From the NCBI GenBank assembly GCA_964291495.2, contig OZ219871.1, positions 1,472,001 through 1,536,000 of the forward strand: DNA of 64,000 nucleotides, read 5' to 3'. The notes under the pieces were generated by a model that was not told the origin of the DNA, ran no database searches, and saw only the letters and a program-made list of their open reading frames with translations. This stretch comes from Dehalococcoidia bacterium. GTDB lineage: Bacteria; Chloroflexota; Dehalococcoidia; UBA2979. The position numbers were made by a program, and so were the translations under genes. Of this stretch, positions 37,871 through 48,405 are shown piece after piece (position 1 is the first letter of the stretch; every line of letters begins with the position of its first letter).

Positions 37871-37890
37871 CCAGCCCGCGCGTCGCGCGC

Positions 37891-38301
37891 ATGGCCCTCG
37901 ACTTCCACTCGCTCGCGCGAGGCGACGCGCTGCCGCCGGTCGCGCTCAGCGTGAGCGCGGAGGAGGCGGCCGCCTACCTCGACGCCACCGGCGAGCCGGC
38001 CGAGCGCTGGACGGACGCCGTCCCGCCGCTCGCGCAGGGCGCGCTGCTGCTGGGCGCGCTGATGGAGCAGCTGGCGCTGCCGCCCGGCGCGCTGCATACC
38101 GGCCAGGAGTTCGCCTTCCTGCGCGCCGTCGCCCCCGGCGAGCCGCTCGAGGGGCGCATCGCGGTCGCGCAGCACAGCGAGCGCCGCGGCTCCGTGATCG
38201 CCGCCTTCGACCTCGAGCTGCGCGACACGGACGGCGCGCCGGTGCTGCGCGGCCGCAGCACCGTGATCGCGCCCGCACGCGAGCAGGGCGCGCCCTCGTG
38301 A
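37891..38301 (+). CDS. MaoC-like hotdog-fold protein
   Basis: YLDATG, LHTGQEFAF; paired with the next gene. Confidence 0.75.
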   Translation: MALDFHSLARGDALPPVALSVSAEEAAAYLDATGEPAERWTDAVPPLAQGALLLGALMEQLALPPGALHTGQEFAFLRAVAPGEPLEGRIAVAQHSERRGSVIAAFDLELRDTDGAPVLRGRSTVIAPAREQGAPS

Positions 38302-38693
38302 GCGCCGAGGCGCCCGCCGTCGCGTCCGTGACGCGGCTGATCGATCAGGACCGTGTCGATCGCTACGCCGTCGCGGCGCGCGACCCGAACCCGATCCACA
38401 CCGACGCCGAGTTCGCCGCCAGCAGCGACTTCGGAGGCCGCATCGCGCACGGGATGCTCGTACTCGCCCTCGTCTCCGAGGCGATGGCGGGCGCCTTCGG
38501 CCGCCGCTGGGCGGAGAGCGGGACCCTGCGCGTGCGCCTGCGCGCCCCCGCCGTGCAGCCTGTCGAGGTCAGCGCGCACGCCGAGCCTCGCGGCCTCGCC
38601 GACGGCGTCGCCAGCTACGACGTACGCTGCGAGACCCCGGACGGCACGGTGCTGCTCAGCGGCACGGCCACGGTCGCCCTCGGCGACGCGTAA
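38298..38693 (+). CDS. MaoC family dehydratase
   Basis: DPNPIH.D...A..S.FGGRIAHGM. Confidence 0.88.
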   Translation: MSAEAPAVASVTRLIDQDRVDRYAVAARDPNPIHTDAEFAASSDFGGRIAHGMLVLALVSEAMAGAFGRRWAESGTLRVRLRAPAVQPVEVSAHAEPRGLADGVASYDVRCETPDGTVLLSGTATVALGDA

Positions 38694-38695
38694 GC

Positions 38696-39352
38696 GTGAA
38701 CGCGCGCCTCGACCTCCCGGCGGCGCTGGTCGCACTCGCGGATGAGCGCCCGGTGTTCCACTCCGAGGCGGACTTCCAGCACGCGCTCGCCTGGGCTATC
38801 CGCGAGCGCCATCCGGACATCGACGTGCGCCTCGAGCGACCCATCACACTGGACGGCCAGCGCGGGCACGTCGACATCTGGCTGCACGATCGCGACGGTG
38901 AGAAGGCGATCGAGTTGAAGTACTGGGTGCGCGAGGGCGAATTGACCGTGGCTGGCGAGAGCTTCCAGCACAGGGGGTGGTCTGGGGACATTGAGCGCTG
39001 CGCAGTCTGGAAGGATGTGGCGCGGATCGAGCGGCTCATCGGAAGCGGACTGGCCGGAGGCGGCTTCGTTGTCGCACTCGCGAACCTCGTCGGCTGCTGG
39101 GGCGCGCCGCGGAGCGGCTGGGAACGCACGACCGACGCTGCGTTCCGCCTGCATGAGGGACATCGTGTCGGCGGCACGCTCGATTGGGCGGAGAAGACTG
39201 CCGCCAGCACGCGGAACCTGTGCAGGGCGCCGGTCACCCTTCGGGGCAGCTACCTCACTCGCTGGCGCGACTACTCGCAGCCCGCCGAGGGCCCCGGCGG
39301 TGAGCTTCGCTACCTGCTGCTCGATGTCGGGGCGGCGCTGGGGGTGCCGTGA
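38696..39352 (+). CDS. Hypothetical protein, PD-(D/E)XK nuclease-like
   Basis: HSEADFQHAL ... RLE ... HVDIW ... AIELKY ... KDVARIE. Confidence 0.6.
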   Translation: MNARLDLPAALVALADERPVFHSEADFQHALAWAIRERHPDIDVRLERPITLDGQRGHVDIWLHDRDGEKAIELKYWVREGELTVAGESFQHRGWSGDIERCAVWKDVARIERLIGSGLAGGGFVVALANLVGCWGAPRSGWERTTDAAFRLHEGHRVGGTLDWAEKTAASTRNLCRAPVTLRGSYLTRWRDYSQPAEGPGGELRYLLLDVGAALGVP

Positions 39353-39822
39353 GCAGCGAGGAGGGCATCGACCCGGCGCTGCGCGAGCAGTACTGCTTCG
39401 GCTGCGGGCGGCACAACCCGCTCGGCTTCCACCTTGAGTTCGAGCGCGAGGGCCGCGACGTGGTCGCGCGCTACACGCCGCGTCGCGAGGACAGCGGCTA
39501 CCCCGGCCTGATGCACGGCGGCCTCGCCACGCTGCTGCTCGACGAGGCGATGGGCTGGGCGATGTACGCCGACCGCGTCTTCGCCGTGACCGCGACCATG
39601 TCGACGCGCTTCCGCCGCCCGGTCACCCTTGAGAGTCCGCTGCTGGTGCGCGGCCGCATCGACCGCCAGCGCGGACGCCGCATCGAGGTCAGCGCCGAGC
39701 TCTACGACGAGGACGGCGAGCGCATCGTCGAGGCCTCCGGCCTGTTCCTGCGCATGGACGCGGAGGCCGAGGCGCGTTCCCTCGAGGTGCTCCGCCGCGA
39801 GTTCGGCACGACCCTCGACTGA
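39349..39822 (+). CDS. PaaI family thioesterase
   Basis: CFGCG..NPLG, GYPGLMHGG..TLLDE. Confidence 0.88.
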   Translation: MSSEEGIDPALREQYCFGCGRHNPLGFHLEFEREGRDVVARYTPRREDSGYPGLMHGGLATLLLDEAMGWAMYADRVFAVTATMSTRFRRPVTLESPLLVRGRIDRQRGRRIEVSAELYDEDGERIVEASGLFLRMDAEAEARSLEVLRREFGTTLD

Positions 39823-39829
39823 TCCGGCT

Positions 39830-40025
39830 CCGGCCCCCTCTCCCCGAGGGAGAGGGCGGGGGTGAGGGCGCTCACCCGCACGCTCGAGGAGCGACGTGGC
39901 TCCGAGGCCCCCCGCCCGCGTCCTTTGGGGGGCGCAGCCCCCCACGCCCCCGCTGCTGCTCGCCCTCGGAAGCGTCGTTCGCCGATCCGGCCCCCTCTCC
40001 CCGAGGGAGAGGGCGGGGGTGAGGG
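39830..40025. repeat. Two direct family-A repeats around a family-C hairpin
   Basis: Identical 39-mers at 39830-39868 and 39987-40025; GGGGGGCGCAGCCCCCC between them. Confidence 0.85.
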
Positions 40026-40181
40026 CCCGGCGCGCACGGTGGAGGAGCAATGTGGCTCCGAAGCCCGGCCCACACGTCCCGCGCAGCTCCCCAGGCACGC
40101 CAGCCAGCCGCGCCGCATCCGAGCCCCGTCCGCCTCGTGCGTCTCTTGCGGGAAGCCTTGCGCCCCGCAACAGGTCCGCGC

Positions 40182-40820
40182 TCACGCCTCCGGCGTGATC
40201 GTGTCCACGGCGCGCCACATGTACCAGGAGCCGACGGTGCGGTAGGGCGACCAGGGCGCGCCGATCTCGCGGGCGCGCGAGGGCGTCGGCGTCTCGGGCA
40301 GGCCGTAGGCGGCCTGCATGCCCTTGCGCACGCCGAGGTCGCCCGTGGGCAGCACGTCGGGGCGGCCCAGCTCGAACATCAGGAACATGTGCGCCGACCA
40401 CTCGCCGATGCCCCGCACCGCCGTCAGCCGCTCGGTCACCGAGGCGTCGTCGAGGTCCTCGAGGGCGGCGAAATCGAGCGAGCCGTCGACGCAGTGCTGC
40501 GCCAGGTCGCGCAGGTAGCTCGCCTTCTGGCGCGAGACGCCCGCGCCGCGGAACTCCTCGTCGCTGGTTGCGAGGATGGCGTCCGGCTCGGGCGTGCGCT
40601 CCTCGTCGCCGTAGAGGGCGAAGAAGCGGCGCTGGATCGCCCGCGCGGCCGCGCCGGCGAGCTGCTGGAACATGATCGAGCGCACCAGCGAGGCGTACGG
40701 GTCGCCGCCGCGGCGTGGGCTGTAGGGGCGGTGCTCTTCGATCAGCGCGCCGACGACGGGATCGGCCGCGCGCAGGTGCGCGTAGGCGGCGCGGAGCGAG
40801 AAGCGCATGCGGCGCGGCAT
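40182..40820 (-). CDS. alkA: DNA-3-methyladenine glycosylase II family (HhH-GPD)
   Basis: LVRSIMFQQL, VRGIGEWSA.MFLMF.LGRPDVLP.GDLG, WSPYRT. Confidence 0.9.
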   Translation of the reverse strand: MPRRMRFSLRAAYAHLRAADPVVGALIEEHRPYSPRRGGDPYASLVRSIMFQQLAGAAARAIQRRFFALYGDEERTPEPDAILATSDEEFRGAGVSRQKASYLRDLAQHCVDGSLDFAALEDLDDASVTERLTAVRGIGEWSAHMFLMFELGRPDVLPTGDLGVRKGMQAAYGLPETPTPSRAREIGAPWSPYRTVGSWYMWRAVDTITPEA

Positions 40821-40839
40821 CGCCGCATCCTACGCGGCC

Positions 40840-41406
40840 TCAGGCGCGCGCGCCCTCGCTGCGGTCGGGGACGCCGGCGAGCCAGCGCTCCGCCTCGCGA
40901 GGCGAGCGCAGCCGCACGAAGGCGAGGTGCGCGTTGGCGGGGTCCGCCATCGCCGCCTCGTACTGGCGGCGGCGGCGACGGAAGGTGCGCAGGAACCAGA
41001 GCAGGATCGAATCGCGGCTCGCGAAGGACTTGCGGAAGCTCTCGCGGTTGCCCTGCCACAGCTCCTCGCGCCTCGCGGCGCGCAGCACCGTGCGGCGGAG
41101 CAGCCTCCAGCCGCTGACGAGGAAGGGGTAGTCGAGCCAGACGACGGTCTGTGCGCGCTTCCACGCCGAATCCCGCATGACCGCCGAGTAGTTGCCATCG
41201 ACGATCCACGAGTCACCCTCGGTGGCCGCCGCCGTGCGCTCGGCGAAGACCGCGTCGGGCACCTCCACCCAGTTCTCGGCGAAGCGGAGCGCGTCGAGCT
41301 CGACGTGCGGCACGCCGAGCCGGGCGGCGAGCTCCCTCGCGAGCACCGTCTTGCCCGACCCACTGCTCCCGACGACGACGATGCGCTCCCCGATGGCGGT
41401 GTTCAT
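40840..41406 (-). CDS. Adenylate kinase-like P-loop protein (FlaR-like)
   Basis: GSSGSGKT, ELDAL, WIVDGNYS, WLDYP. Confidence 0.85.
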   Translation of the reverse strand: MNTAIGERIVVVGSSGSGKTVLARELAARLGVPHVELDALRFAENWVEVPDAVFAERTAAATEGDSWIVDGNYSAVMRDSAWKRAQTVVWLDYPFLVSGWRLLRRTVLRAARREELWQGNRESFRKSFASRDSILLWFLRTFRRRRRQYEAAMADPANAHLAFVRLRSPREAERWLAGVPDRSEGARA

Positions 41407-41494
41407 CCCGCGCGGACCCCTCCGCGGCGCCTCGGCGAACGATTCGCCTTCCGCGACCGACCCTGCGCCGCCGCACCCCCGTCGCGGGAGCGAC

Positions 41495-42241
41495 CTACAT
41501 GTACTGGCCGCCGTTGGGGCTGAGCTGGGCGCCGGTGAACCAGCCGCCCTCGGTGCAGAGGAAGCGCACCACGGCCGCGATCTCCTCGGGCTCGCCGAAG
41601 CGGCCGAGGGGAATCTGGGCCTTGATGTTGTCCTGGATGTTCTCCGGCAGCGAGGTCACCATTTCGGTCGAGACGAAGCCGGGGCAGACGGCGTTCACGG
41701 TGATGTTGTTGCGCGCCAACTCGCGGGCGGCCGTCTTCGTGAAGCCGATCATGCCCGCCTTCGTCGCGCCGTAGTTCGCCTGCCCGATGTTGCCCATCTG
41801 CCCGATCACCGAGGAGATGTTGATGATCCGGCCGTAGTTCGCCTCGCGCATGTGCGGCACCGCCGCGCTCGTGCAGTAGAACATCCCGGAGAGGTTCGTC
41901 GAGATCACCTCGTCCCACTCCTCGACGGAGAGGCGCGAGAGCGTGCGGTCGCGGTTGATGCCCGCGTTGTTGACGAGGATGTCGACCTTGCCGAGCTCCT
42001 CGACGGCCGTCTCGATCAGATCGGAGGCCGACTCGGCGTCGGAGACGTCGGCCTTGACGAGGACGACCGTGCCGCCGAGCTCGTGGATCGCGTCGCGCGT
42101 CTCCTCGGCCGCATCGACGTTCGATACGTAGTTGACGACGATCTGTGCGCCGTGCCGCGCCAGTTCGAGGGCGCACGCGCGCCCGATACCGCGGCTCGCG
42201 CCCGTCACCACCGCCACCTGTCCGTCGAGTGCACCCGCCAC
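41495..42241 (-). CDS. 3-oxoacyl-ACP/acetoacetyl-CoA reductase (FabG/PhbB-like)
   Basis: GTG 42241 with GGAGG; TGASRGIG, NNAGI.RD, GQANYGATK, NGGQYM. Confidence 0.92.
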   Translation of the reverse strand: MAGALDGQVAVVTGASRGIGRACALELARHGAQIVVNYVSNVDAAEETRDAIHELGGTVVLVKADVSDAESASDLIETAVEELGKVDILVNNAGINRDRTLSRLSVEEWDEVISTNLSGMFYCTSAAVPHMREANYGRIINISSVIGQMGNIGQANYGATKAGMIGFTKTAARELARNNITVNAVCPGFVSTEMVTSLPENIQDNIKAQIPLGRFGEPEEIAAVVRFLCTEGGWFTGAQLSPNGGQYM

Positions 42242-42348
42242 GTCACACCTCCCGTTGCCGAGCGCGGCGATCCGCCGCAGCGTGCGGCACGGACTCGCCA
42301 ACAGGCGTGTTGTAACGCAGGAACGGCTTGCGGACGACCGCTACGAGG

Positions 42349-44025
42349 TCAGACGACGGTCGGCGGGACGTACTCGCCCCACTCCTCGCGCAGCACGCCG
42401 CACATCTCGCCGAGGGTTGCGTAGCTGCGCACGGCGTCGAGCACGGGCTCCATCAGGCTCGCGTCGCCGCGCGCCGACTCGCGCAGCCCGGCCAGCGAGG
42501 AGCCGACGGCGGCCTCGTCGCGAGCGCCGCGGACCTGCGCGAGCCGCTTCAACTGCGCGTCGATCACCGTCGTGTTGGGGCGGAAGATCGGCGTCGCGTC
42601 CTCGTCCTCGTCGACGTACTGGTTGACGCCGACGACGATGCGATCACCGCTCTCCACCTCGCGCTGGTAGGCGACCGAGGCCTCCTGGATCTCCGACTGC
42701 ATGTAGCCGCCCTCGATCGCCGAGACCGCGCCGCCGATGTCCTCGACGCGGTCGAGGATGGACTGCGCCTGGGCTTCCAGCTCGCCGGTCAGCCACTCGA
42801 CGTAGTAGGAGCCGGCGAGCGGGTCGACGGTGTCGGCCGCGCCGGTCTCCTCGGCGATGATCTGCTGCGAGCGCAGCGCGAGCTGCTGCGCCTCCTCGGT
42901 GGGCAGCGCCAGCGCCTCGTCGTAGCAGGAGAGCGCGAGCGACTGCACGCCGCCGAGCACGGCGGCGAGCGCCTGCACGGCGGAGCGGGTGAGGTTGTTG
43001 AGCGGCTGCTGCGCGGTCAGCGTGGAGCCGCCGGTCTGCGTGTGGGTGCGCAGCGTCATCGCGTTCGGGTTGGTCGCGCCGTAGCGCTCCTTCATCGCGC
43101 GGGCCCACATCCGGCGCAGCGCGCGGAACTTCGCGACCTCCTCGAAGAAGTAGTTGTGCGTGTTGAAGATCCAGGAGATGCGCGGCGCCACCTCGTCCAC
43201 CGTCGCGCCCTGCGCGATGCTGCGGTCGAGGTAGGCGAAGGCGTTGGCGAAGGAGAAGGCGATCTCCTGCGCGGCCGTCGAGCCGGCCTCGCGGATGTGG
43301 TAGCCGGAGACGGAGATCGAGTTGAAGCGCGGCGCCTCGCGCGCGCAGTAGTTGATCAGGTCCGCCGCGAAGCGCACCGAGGGGCCCGGCGGGAAGATGT
43401 AGGTGCCGCGCGCGACGTACTCCTTGAGCACGTCGTTCTGCGCGGTGCCGGTGATCACGCTCGGCTCGTGGCCCTGCTTCTCCGCCGCCACGATGTACAT
43501 CGCGACGATGATCGGCGCGGGCGCGTTGATCGTCATCGAGGTCGAGATGCCGTCCAGCGGGATGCCCTCGAACAGCGTCTCCATGTCCGCCAGCGAGTCG
43601 ACCGCGACGCCGACCTGGCCGACCTCGCCCGCGGCCATCGCGTGGTCCGAGTCGTAGCCGGTCTGGGTCGGCAGGTCGAAGGCGACGGAGAGGCCGGTCT
43701 GGCCGTTGGCGAGCAGCTCACGGAAGCGCTCGTTCGTCTCCTCGGGCGTGCCGAAGCCGGCGTACTGGCGCATCGTCCAGAGCCGCCCGCGGTACATCGT
43801 GGGCTGCACGCCGCGCGTGAACGGGTACTCGCCGGGGAAGCCGATGTCGCCGAGGTAGTCGACGTCGCCGACGTCGTTCGGCGTGTAGAAGCGGCGGGCG
43901 TCGGCGGAGGAGGTGCGGAACTCCTCGCGGCGCTCGGGGAAGCGCTTGAGGACCTTGGCCAGCGCGCCCTGCTCCCAGGTGTCCTGCGCCTCGGCGATGG
44001 CGGTCTGCTGCTGGGGCTTCATCAT
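42349..44025 (-). CDS. Methylmalonyl-CoA mutase, large (substrate-binding) subunit
   Basis: [41 protein letters not shown]; no B12-binding domain. Confidence 0.93.
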   Translation of the reverse strand: MMKPQQQTAIAEAQDTWEQGALAKVLKRFPERREEFRTSSADARRFYTPNDVGDVDYLGDIGFPGEYPFTRGVQPTMYRGRLWTMRQYAGFGTPEETNERFRELLANGQTGLSVAFDLPTQTGYDSDHAMAAGEVGQVGVAVDSLADMETLFEGIPLDGISTSMTINAPAPIIVAMYIVAAEKQGHEPSVITGTAQNDVLKEYVARGTYIFPPGPSVRFAADLINYCAREAPRFNSISVSGYHIREAGSTAAQEIAFSFANAFAYLDRSIAQGATVDEVAPRISWIFNTHNYFFEEVAKFRALRRMWARAMKERYGATNPNAMTLRTHTQTGGSTLTAQQPLNNLTRSAVQALAAVLGGVQSLALSCYDEALALPTEEAQQLALRSQQIIAEETGAADTVDPLAGSYYVEWLTGELEAQAQSILDRVEDIGGAVSAIEGGYMQSEIQEASVAYQREVESGDRIVVGVNQYVDEDEDATPIFRPNTTVIDAQLKRLAQVRGARDEAAVGSSLAGLRESARGDASLMEPVLDAVRSYATLGEMCGVLREEWGEYVPPTVV

Positions 44026-44062
44026 CGGCCTGCTCCGTTACTGTCTCTCGCCGCGCGGCGGG

Positions 44063-44485
44063 TCAGGCGAGCGCCTCGACCAGCACGAGGGCGTCGCCGC
44101 GGATGACCTCGACGCCGTCCTGGTTGGTCACCGTCGTGTTCAGCACGACCGAGCTGCGGTCCGTGTCCACCGAGGTCGCCTCGACGGTCGCGGTCAGCGT
44201 GTCGCCGGGCTTCACCGGGGCGCGGAAGCTCAGGTTCTGCCGCAGGTAGATCACGACGCTGTCCGGCGCGAGCCTGGTCCCGAGCGCGGCCGAGATCACG
44301 CCTGCCGCGAGGATACCGTGTGCGATCGGCTCCTTGAAGCGGGTGCGCGCCGCGTAGTCCGGGTCGCTGTGCAGCGGATTGGTGTCGCCCGACACCTCCG
44401 TGAACTTCGCGATGTCCTCCGCGGTGATCGTCTTTTCGTAGCTCGCGGTCGTACCCTCGACGATGCCCTGGACGCCGTCGGCCAT
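44063..44485 (-). CDS. MaoC family dehydratase (PhaJ-like)
   Basis: SGDTNPLH.D..YA..TRF..PIAHG, F.APVKPGD. Confidence 0.9.
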   Translation of the reverse strand: MADGVQGIVEGTTASYEKTITAEDIAKFTEVSGDTNPLHSDPDYAARTRFKEPIAHGILAAGVISAALGTRLAPDSVVIYLRQNLSFRAPVKPGDTLTATVEATSVDTDRSSVVLNTTVTNQDGVEVIRGDALVLVEALA

Positions 44486-44614
44486 CTCGCCCCCTCGCTC
44501 GCGCGCCGTCGCGCGACGCCTCGATCCTGCGCGGCGGCATCGTACGAGGGCGGCTCCGGGCGCGTCCAACGCGGCGCCGCCGGAGCGCGGCGATGGTTGG
44601 TGCATACTCGACCA

Positions 44615-45151
44615 ATGGACGAACGGCCGGAACTCCGCACGGAGCGGCTCCTGCTCCGCCCCTTCCGCTCCATCGATGTCGACGACGTGCTCGGCTACGC
44701 CACCGATGCGGAGTGGGGCCGCTACCTTCCGGTGCCGGAGCCCTACACCCGCAGCAGCGCCGAGCGGTTCGTGGCCGGCGCCATTCTCACCGATCCCGAG
44801 ACGCGCCCGATCTGGGCGATCGTCCACGAGGGTCGTGTCTCGGGCGGCATCAACCTGACCGTTCGCAGCCCGGGCCGTGCTGAGCTGGGATACAGCATCG
44901 CCCGCCCGCTCTGGGGCCGGGGCCTGACGACCGAGGCAGCCGCAGCCGTCATCAGCCACGGCTTCGAGTCGCTGGAGCTCGTGCGCGTCTTCGCGATGGC
45001 GGACGTTCGCAACACGGCCTCCTGGCGGGTCATGGAAAAGCTGGGAATGCAGCGCGAGGGAGTGCTCCGGCGCCACGCCGAGCTCCGCGGCGAGCACGTC
45101 GACCACGTGCTCTACGCCGTCCTCGCGGACGAGTGGTCGCCGCCCTCGTAG
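44615..45151 (+). CDS. GNAT N-acetyltransferase (RimJ/RimL-like)
   Basis: TERLLLRP, ELGYSI...WGRGL.TEA, N.ASWRVMEKLGM..EG. Confidence 0.9.
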   Translation: MDERPELRTERLLLRPFRSIDVDDVLGYATDAEWGRYLPVPEPYTRSSAERFVAGAILTDPETRPIWAIVHEGRVSGGINLTVRSPGRAELGYSIARPLWGRGLTTEAAAAVISHGFESLELVRVFAMADVRNTASWRVMEKLGMQREGVLRRHAELRGEHVDHVLYAVLADEWSPPS

Positions 45152-45268
45152 CCTCCCTGTGCCGGTGGCGGGCGAGCGGTCGTGCCCGAGTTGTGGCCGG
45201 TCCAACGCCAATCTCGCGCGAGACTTCGGAGAATTGCGTGAGTTATTGACCAAAAATGTGAAAGAATG

Positions 45269-45296
45269 TTGACGCTGGCCGCAGGTCGGCGATAAT
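45269..45296 (+). promoter_or_regulatory. Candidate sigma70 promoter of the suf operon
   Basis: TTGACG-N16-GATAAT preceded by an AT-rich tract. Confidence 0.5.
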
Positions 45297-45419
45297 GGAT
45301 CTACGGAGCGCACCCGCTTGCGGCGAGCAGGAACGAGTGCTCCACGCAACCGCGACGCAACTGCAGAGGGGCCGTGAGCAGCCGGCGAGGGTGCTCACGG
45401 GGGCAGGAAGGCGCAGCGA

Positions 45420-46100
45420 GTGGTCCAACGTGTCGTGCAGCGAGCGCGTGACGAACTGGCGCGCATCCTCTACGAGCGCGGCGACTGCAGTGTCGCCGAG
45501 CTGGCGCTCGAGCTGGGCGTCTCGCAGGGCTCGATCCGCCGCCACCTCGACATCATGGTCGGCGAGGGCCTGCTCGAGACCACGCTCGTGCGCCAGCCGC
45601 GCGGGCGCCCCGTCACCCGCTACTCGCTCAGCGAGGCGGGCGAGGAGCGCTCCGGCGCGGACCACTACACGAGCCTGATCGGGCGGCTGCTGCCCGCCCT
45701 CGCCAGCCTCAACGAGGACGAGGTCTCCGGACGGGACGGCGAGGCGATCCTGGAGCAGGTCTACAGCCGTGTCGCCGAGGACATCGCGCGCGAGCGCGGC
45801 GGCGCCGTGCGCAGCACGGAGCTGGGAACGCGCCTGGAGGAGGTCGTCGCCGCGCTCAGCGACGAGGGCATCCTCACCGAGGTGCGCGACGAGGGCGAGG
45901 TCTACCGGCTGAGCAACGTCGGCTGCCCCTGCCCCTCGACCGCGAGCGAGACGAACGCGGCCTGCGAGGCGGACCGCTACAGCATCGAACTGCTCGTCGG
46001 CCGGCCCGTCGAGCAGGTGGCGACGATCGCGGGCGGCGGCGCCTGCTGCGAATACCAGGTGCGCAAACCGGCCGAGCCGGCAGGCGCCGTAGTGCATTGA
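45420..46100 (+). CDS. sufR: SufR-like HTH transcriptional regulator
   Basis: ELALELGVS..SIRRHL, RGRP...Y.LS, Cys ligands CPC...ACE.D...CCEY; heads the suf operon. Confidence 0.82.
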   Translation: MVQRVVQRARDELARILYERGDCSVAELALELGVSQGSIRRHLDIMVGEGLLETTLVRQPRGRPVTRYSLSEAGEERSGADHYTSLIGRLLPALASLNEDEVSGRDGEAILEQVYSRVAEDIARERGGAVRSTELGTRLEEVVAALSDEGILTEVRDEGEVYRLSNVGCPCPSTASETNAACEADRYSIELLVGRPVEQVATIAGGGACCEYQVRKPAEPAGAVVH

Positions 46101-46111
46101 GTGGAGCCCCA

Positions 46112-46906
46112 GTGAGCGAAACTGCGAGCGAACCGATCCTCGAGGTGCGCGATCTGCACGTCAGCATCGCCGATGAGCCCGACGTGCAGATCGTCAAGGG
46201 CGTCGACCTGACCGTGCACGCCGGCGAGGTGCATGCGCTGATGGGCCCCAACGGCTCCGGCAAGAGCACGCTCGCCAACGCGATCGCCGGCAGTCCCGCC
46301 TACGTGATCGACTCCGGCGAGGTGCGCTACCGCGGCGAGGACGTCACCACGCTGACGCCGGACGCGCGCGGCCGCCTCGGCATGTTCCTCTCGTTCCAGT
46401 ACCCGACGCCGATTCCCGGGGTGACGATGGTCAACCTGCTGCGCATGGCGATTAAGTCGCGGCGCGGCGAGGAGCCCTCGGCGCGGGAATTCCTGGCCGA
46501 GTTGCGCGAGACGCTGCAGACGCTGCGCATGGACGAGGACTTCGCCCGCCGCTACGTCAACGACGGCTTCTCCGGCGGCGAGAAGAAGCGCGCCGAGATC
46601 CTGCAGCTCGGGATGCTCAAGCCGGAGCTCGCGATCCTCGACGAGACGGATTCCGGCCTCGACGTGGACGCGCTGCGCACCGTCGCCGAGGGCGTGAACG
46701 CGCTGCACCACCCGGGGATGGGCATCCTGCTGATCACGCACTACCAGCGAATCCTCAACTACATCACGCCGGACCGCGTGCACGTGCTGTTCGACGGGCG
46801 CATCGTGCGCTCCGGCGGACCGCAGCTGGCGCACGAGATCGAGTCCGGCGGCTACGACCCGATTCTTCAGGAGCTCGGCATCGCCGTCGCGGCGGCTGCC
46901 TCCTGA
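46112..46906 (+). CDS. sufC: Fe-S cluster assembly ATPase
   Basis: [40 protein letters not shown]. Confidence 0.96.
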   Translation: MSETASEPILEVRDLHVSIADEPDVQIVKGVDLTVHAGEVHALMGPNGSGKSTLANAIAGSPAYVIDSGEVRYRGEDVTTLTPDARGRLGMFLSFQYPTPIPGVTMVNLLRMAIKSRRGEEPSAREFLAELRETLQTLRMDEDFARRYVNDGFSGGEKKRAEILQLGMLKPELAILDETDSGLDVDALRTVAEGVNALHHPGMGILLITHYQRILNYITPDRVHVLFDGRIVRSGGPQLAHEIESGGYDPILQELGIAVAAAAS

Positions 46907-46958
46907 GCATCGGCAGGGGCAACAACAGCGAACCAGGCTCACGCGAGGGAGCAAATCC

Positions 46959-48377
46959 ATGGCCACCGTGAATCCGGCAGCGCGCGATGCCGTCGGCGAG
47001 TACCAGTGGGGCTTCCACGACGACGAAGCGCCGCTCTTCCGCGCCGACAAGGGCCTCGACGAGGAGGTCGTGCGCCAGATCTCGGAGCTGAAGGACGAGC
47101 CCGAGTGGATGCGCGAGTTCCGCCTCGACTCGCTGCGCACCTTCTTCGAGAAGGATGACCCGAGTTGGGCCGGCAGCCCCGAGCTCCTCGAGGCGATCGA
47201 CTTCGACGACATCACCTACTACGTGCGCGCGACCGACACGGACGCCAGCAACTGGGACGACGTGCCGGAGTACATCAAGGACACCTTCGACAAGCTCGGC
47301 ATCCCCGAGGCGGAGCGCCAGTTCCTCGCCGGGGCGGGCGCGCAGTACGACTCCGAGGTCGTCTACCACAACATCCGCGAGGACCTCGCGGAGCAGGGCG
47401 TCGTCTTCCTCGGCATGGACCAGGGTCTCGAGGAGTACGAGGAGCTGGTGCGCGAGTACTTCGGGACTGTTGTGCCGCCCGGGGACAACCGCTACGCGGC
47501 GCTGAACAGCGCGGTCTGGTCCGGCGGCTCGTTCATCTACGTGCCGCCGGGCGTCAGCGTGGACATCCCGCTGCAGGCCTACTTCCGCATCAACACGGAG
47601 AACATGGGCCAGTTCGAGCGCACGCTGATCATCGCCGACGAGGGCAGCTACGTACACTACGTCGAGGGCTGCACCGCGCCGATCTACAGCTCCGACTCGC
47701 TGCACTCGGCGGTTGTCGAGATCATCGTCAAGAAGGACGCGCGGGTGCGCTACACGACCATCCAGAACTGGTCGAACAACGTCTACAACCTCGTGACGAA
47801 GCGGGCCGCCGCCTACGAGAACGCCGTCATGGAGTGGGTCGACGGCAACATCGGCTCGAAGCTGACGATGAAGTACCCGTCCGTCTACCTGATGGAGCCG
47901 GGCGCGCACGGCGAGATCCTCTCGCTCGCGTTCGCCGGCGACGGCCAGCACCAGGACGCCGGCGGCAAGGTGGTGCACGTCGCGCCGAAGACCTCCTCGG
48001 CGATCGTCTCCAAGTCCGTCTCGCGCGGCAGCGGGCGCACCTCCTACCGCGGCCTGCTCAAGGTCCACGAGGGCGCCGGAGACTCCAGCTCGACCGTGCG
48101 CTGCGACGCGCTGCTGCTCGACGAGCACTCGCGCTCCGACACCTACCCGACGATGGAGGTCGACGAGGAGCAGGTGACGATCGGCCACGAGGCCTCCGTC
48201 TCCAAGCTCGGCGACGACCAGCTCTTCTACCTGATGTCGCGAGGCATCACGGAGGAGGAGGCCTCGAAGATGGTGGTCAACGGCTTCGTCGAGCCGATCG
48301 TCAAGGAGCTCCCGATGGAGTACGCGATCGAGCTGAACCGGCTGATCGAGCTGCAGATGGAAGGCTCCGTCGGCTAG
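46959..48377 (+). CDS. sufB: Fe-S cluster assembly scaffold
   Basis: [37 protein letters not shown]. Confidence 0.97.
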   Translation: MATVNPAARDAVGEYQWGFHDDEAPLFRADKGLDEEVVRQISELKDEPEWMREFRLDSLRTFFEKDDPSWAGSPELLEAIDFDDITYYVRATDTDASNWDDVPEYIKDTFDKLGIPEAERQFLAGAGAQYDSEVVYHNIREDLAEQGVVFLGMDQGLEEYEELVREYFGTVVPPGDNRYAALNSAVWSGGSFIYVPPGVSVDIPLQAYFRINTENMGQFERTLIIADEGSYVHYVEGCTAPIYSSDSLHSAVVEIIVKKDARVRYTTIQNWSNNVYNLVTKRAAAYENAVMEWVDGNIGSKLTMKYPSVYLMEPGAHGEILSLAFAGDGQHQDAGGKVVHVAPKTSSAIVSKSVSRGSGRTSYRGLLKVHEGAGDSSSTVRCDALLLDEHSRSDTYPTMEVDEEQVTIGHEASVSKLGDDQLFYLMSRGITEEEASKMVVNGFVEPIVKELPMEYAIELNRLIELQMEGSVG

Positions 48378-48405
48378 CGGTCCCCGCGAGCGGCGAAGGA
48401 TCACG

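Noticed and set aside
45159-45272. 37-codon ORF containing CPSCGRSN
   Set aside because: Only half a zinc ribbon, no RBS, and it overlaps the suf promoter; at most a remnant.
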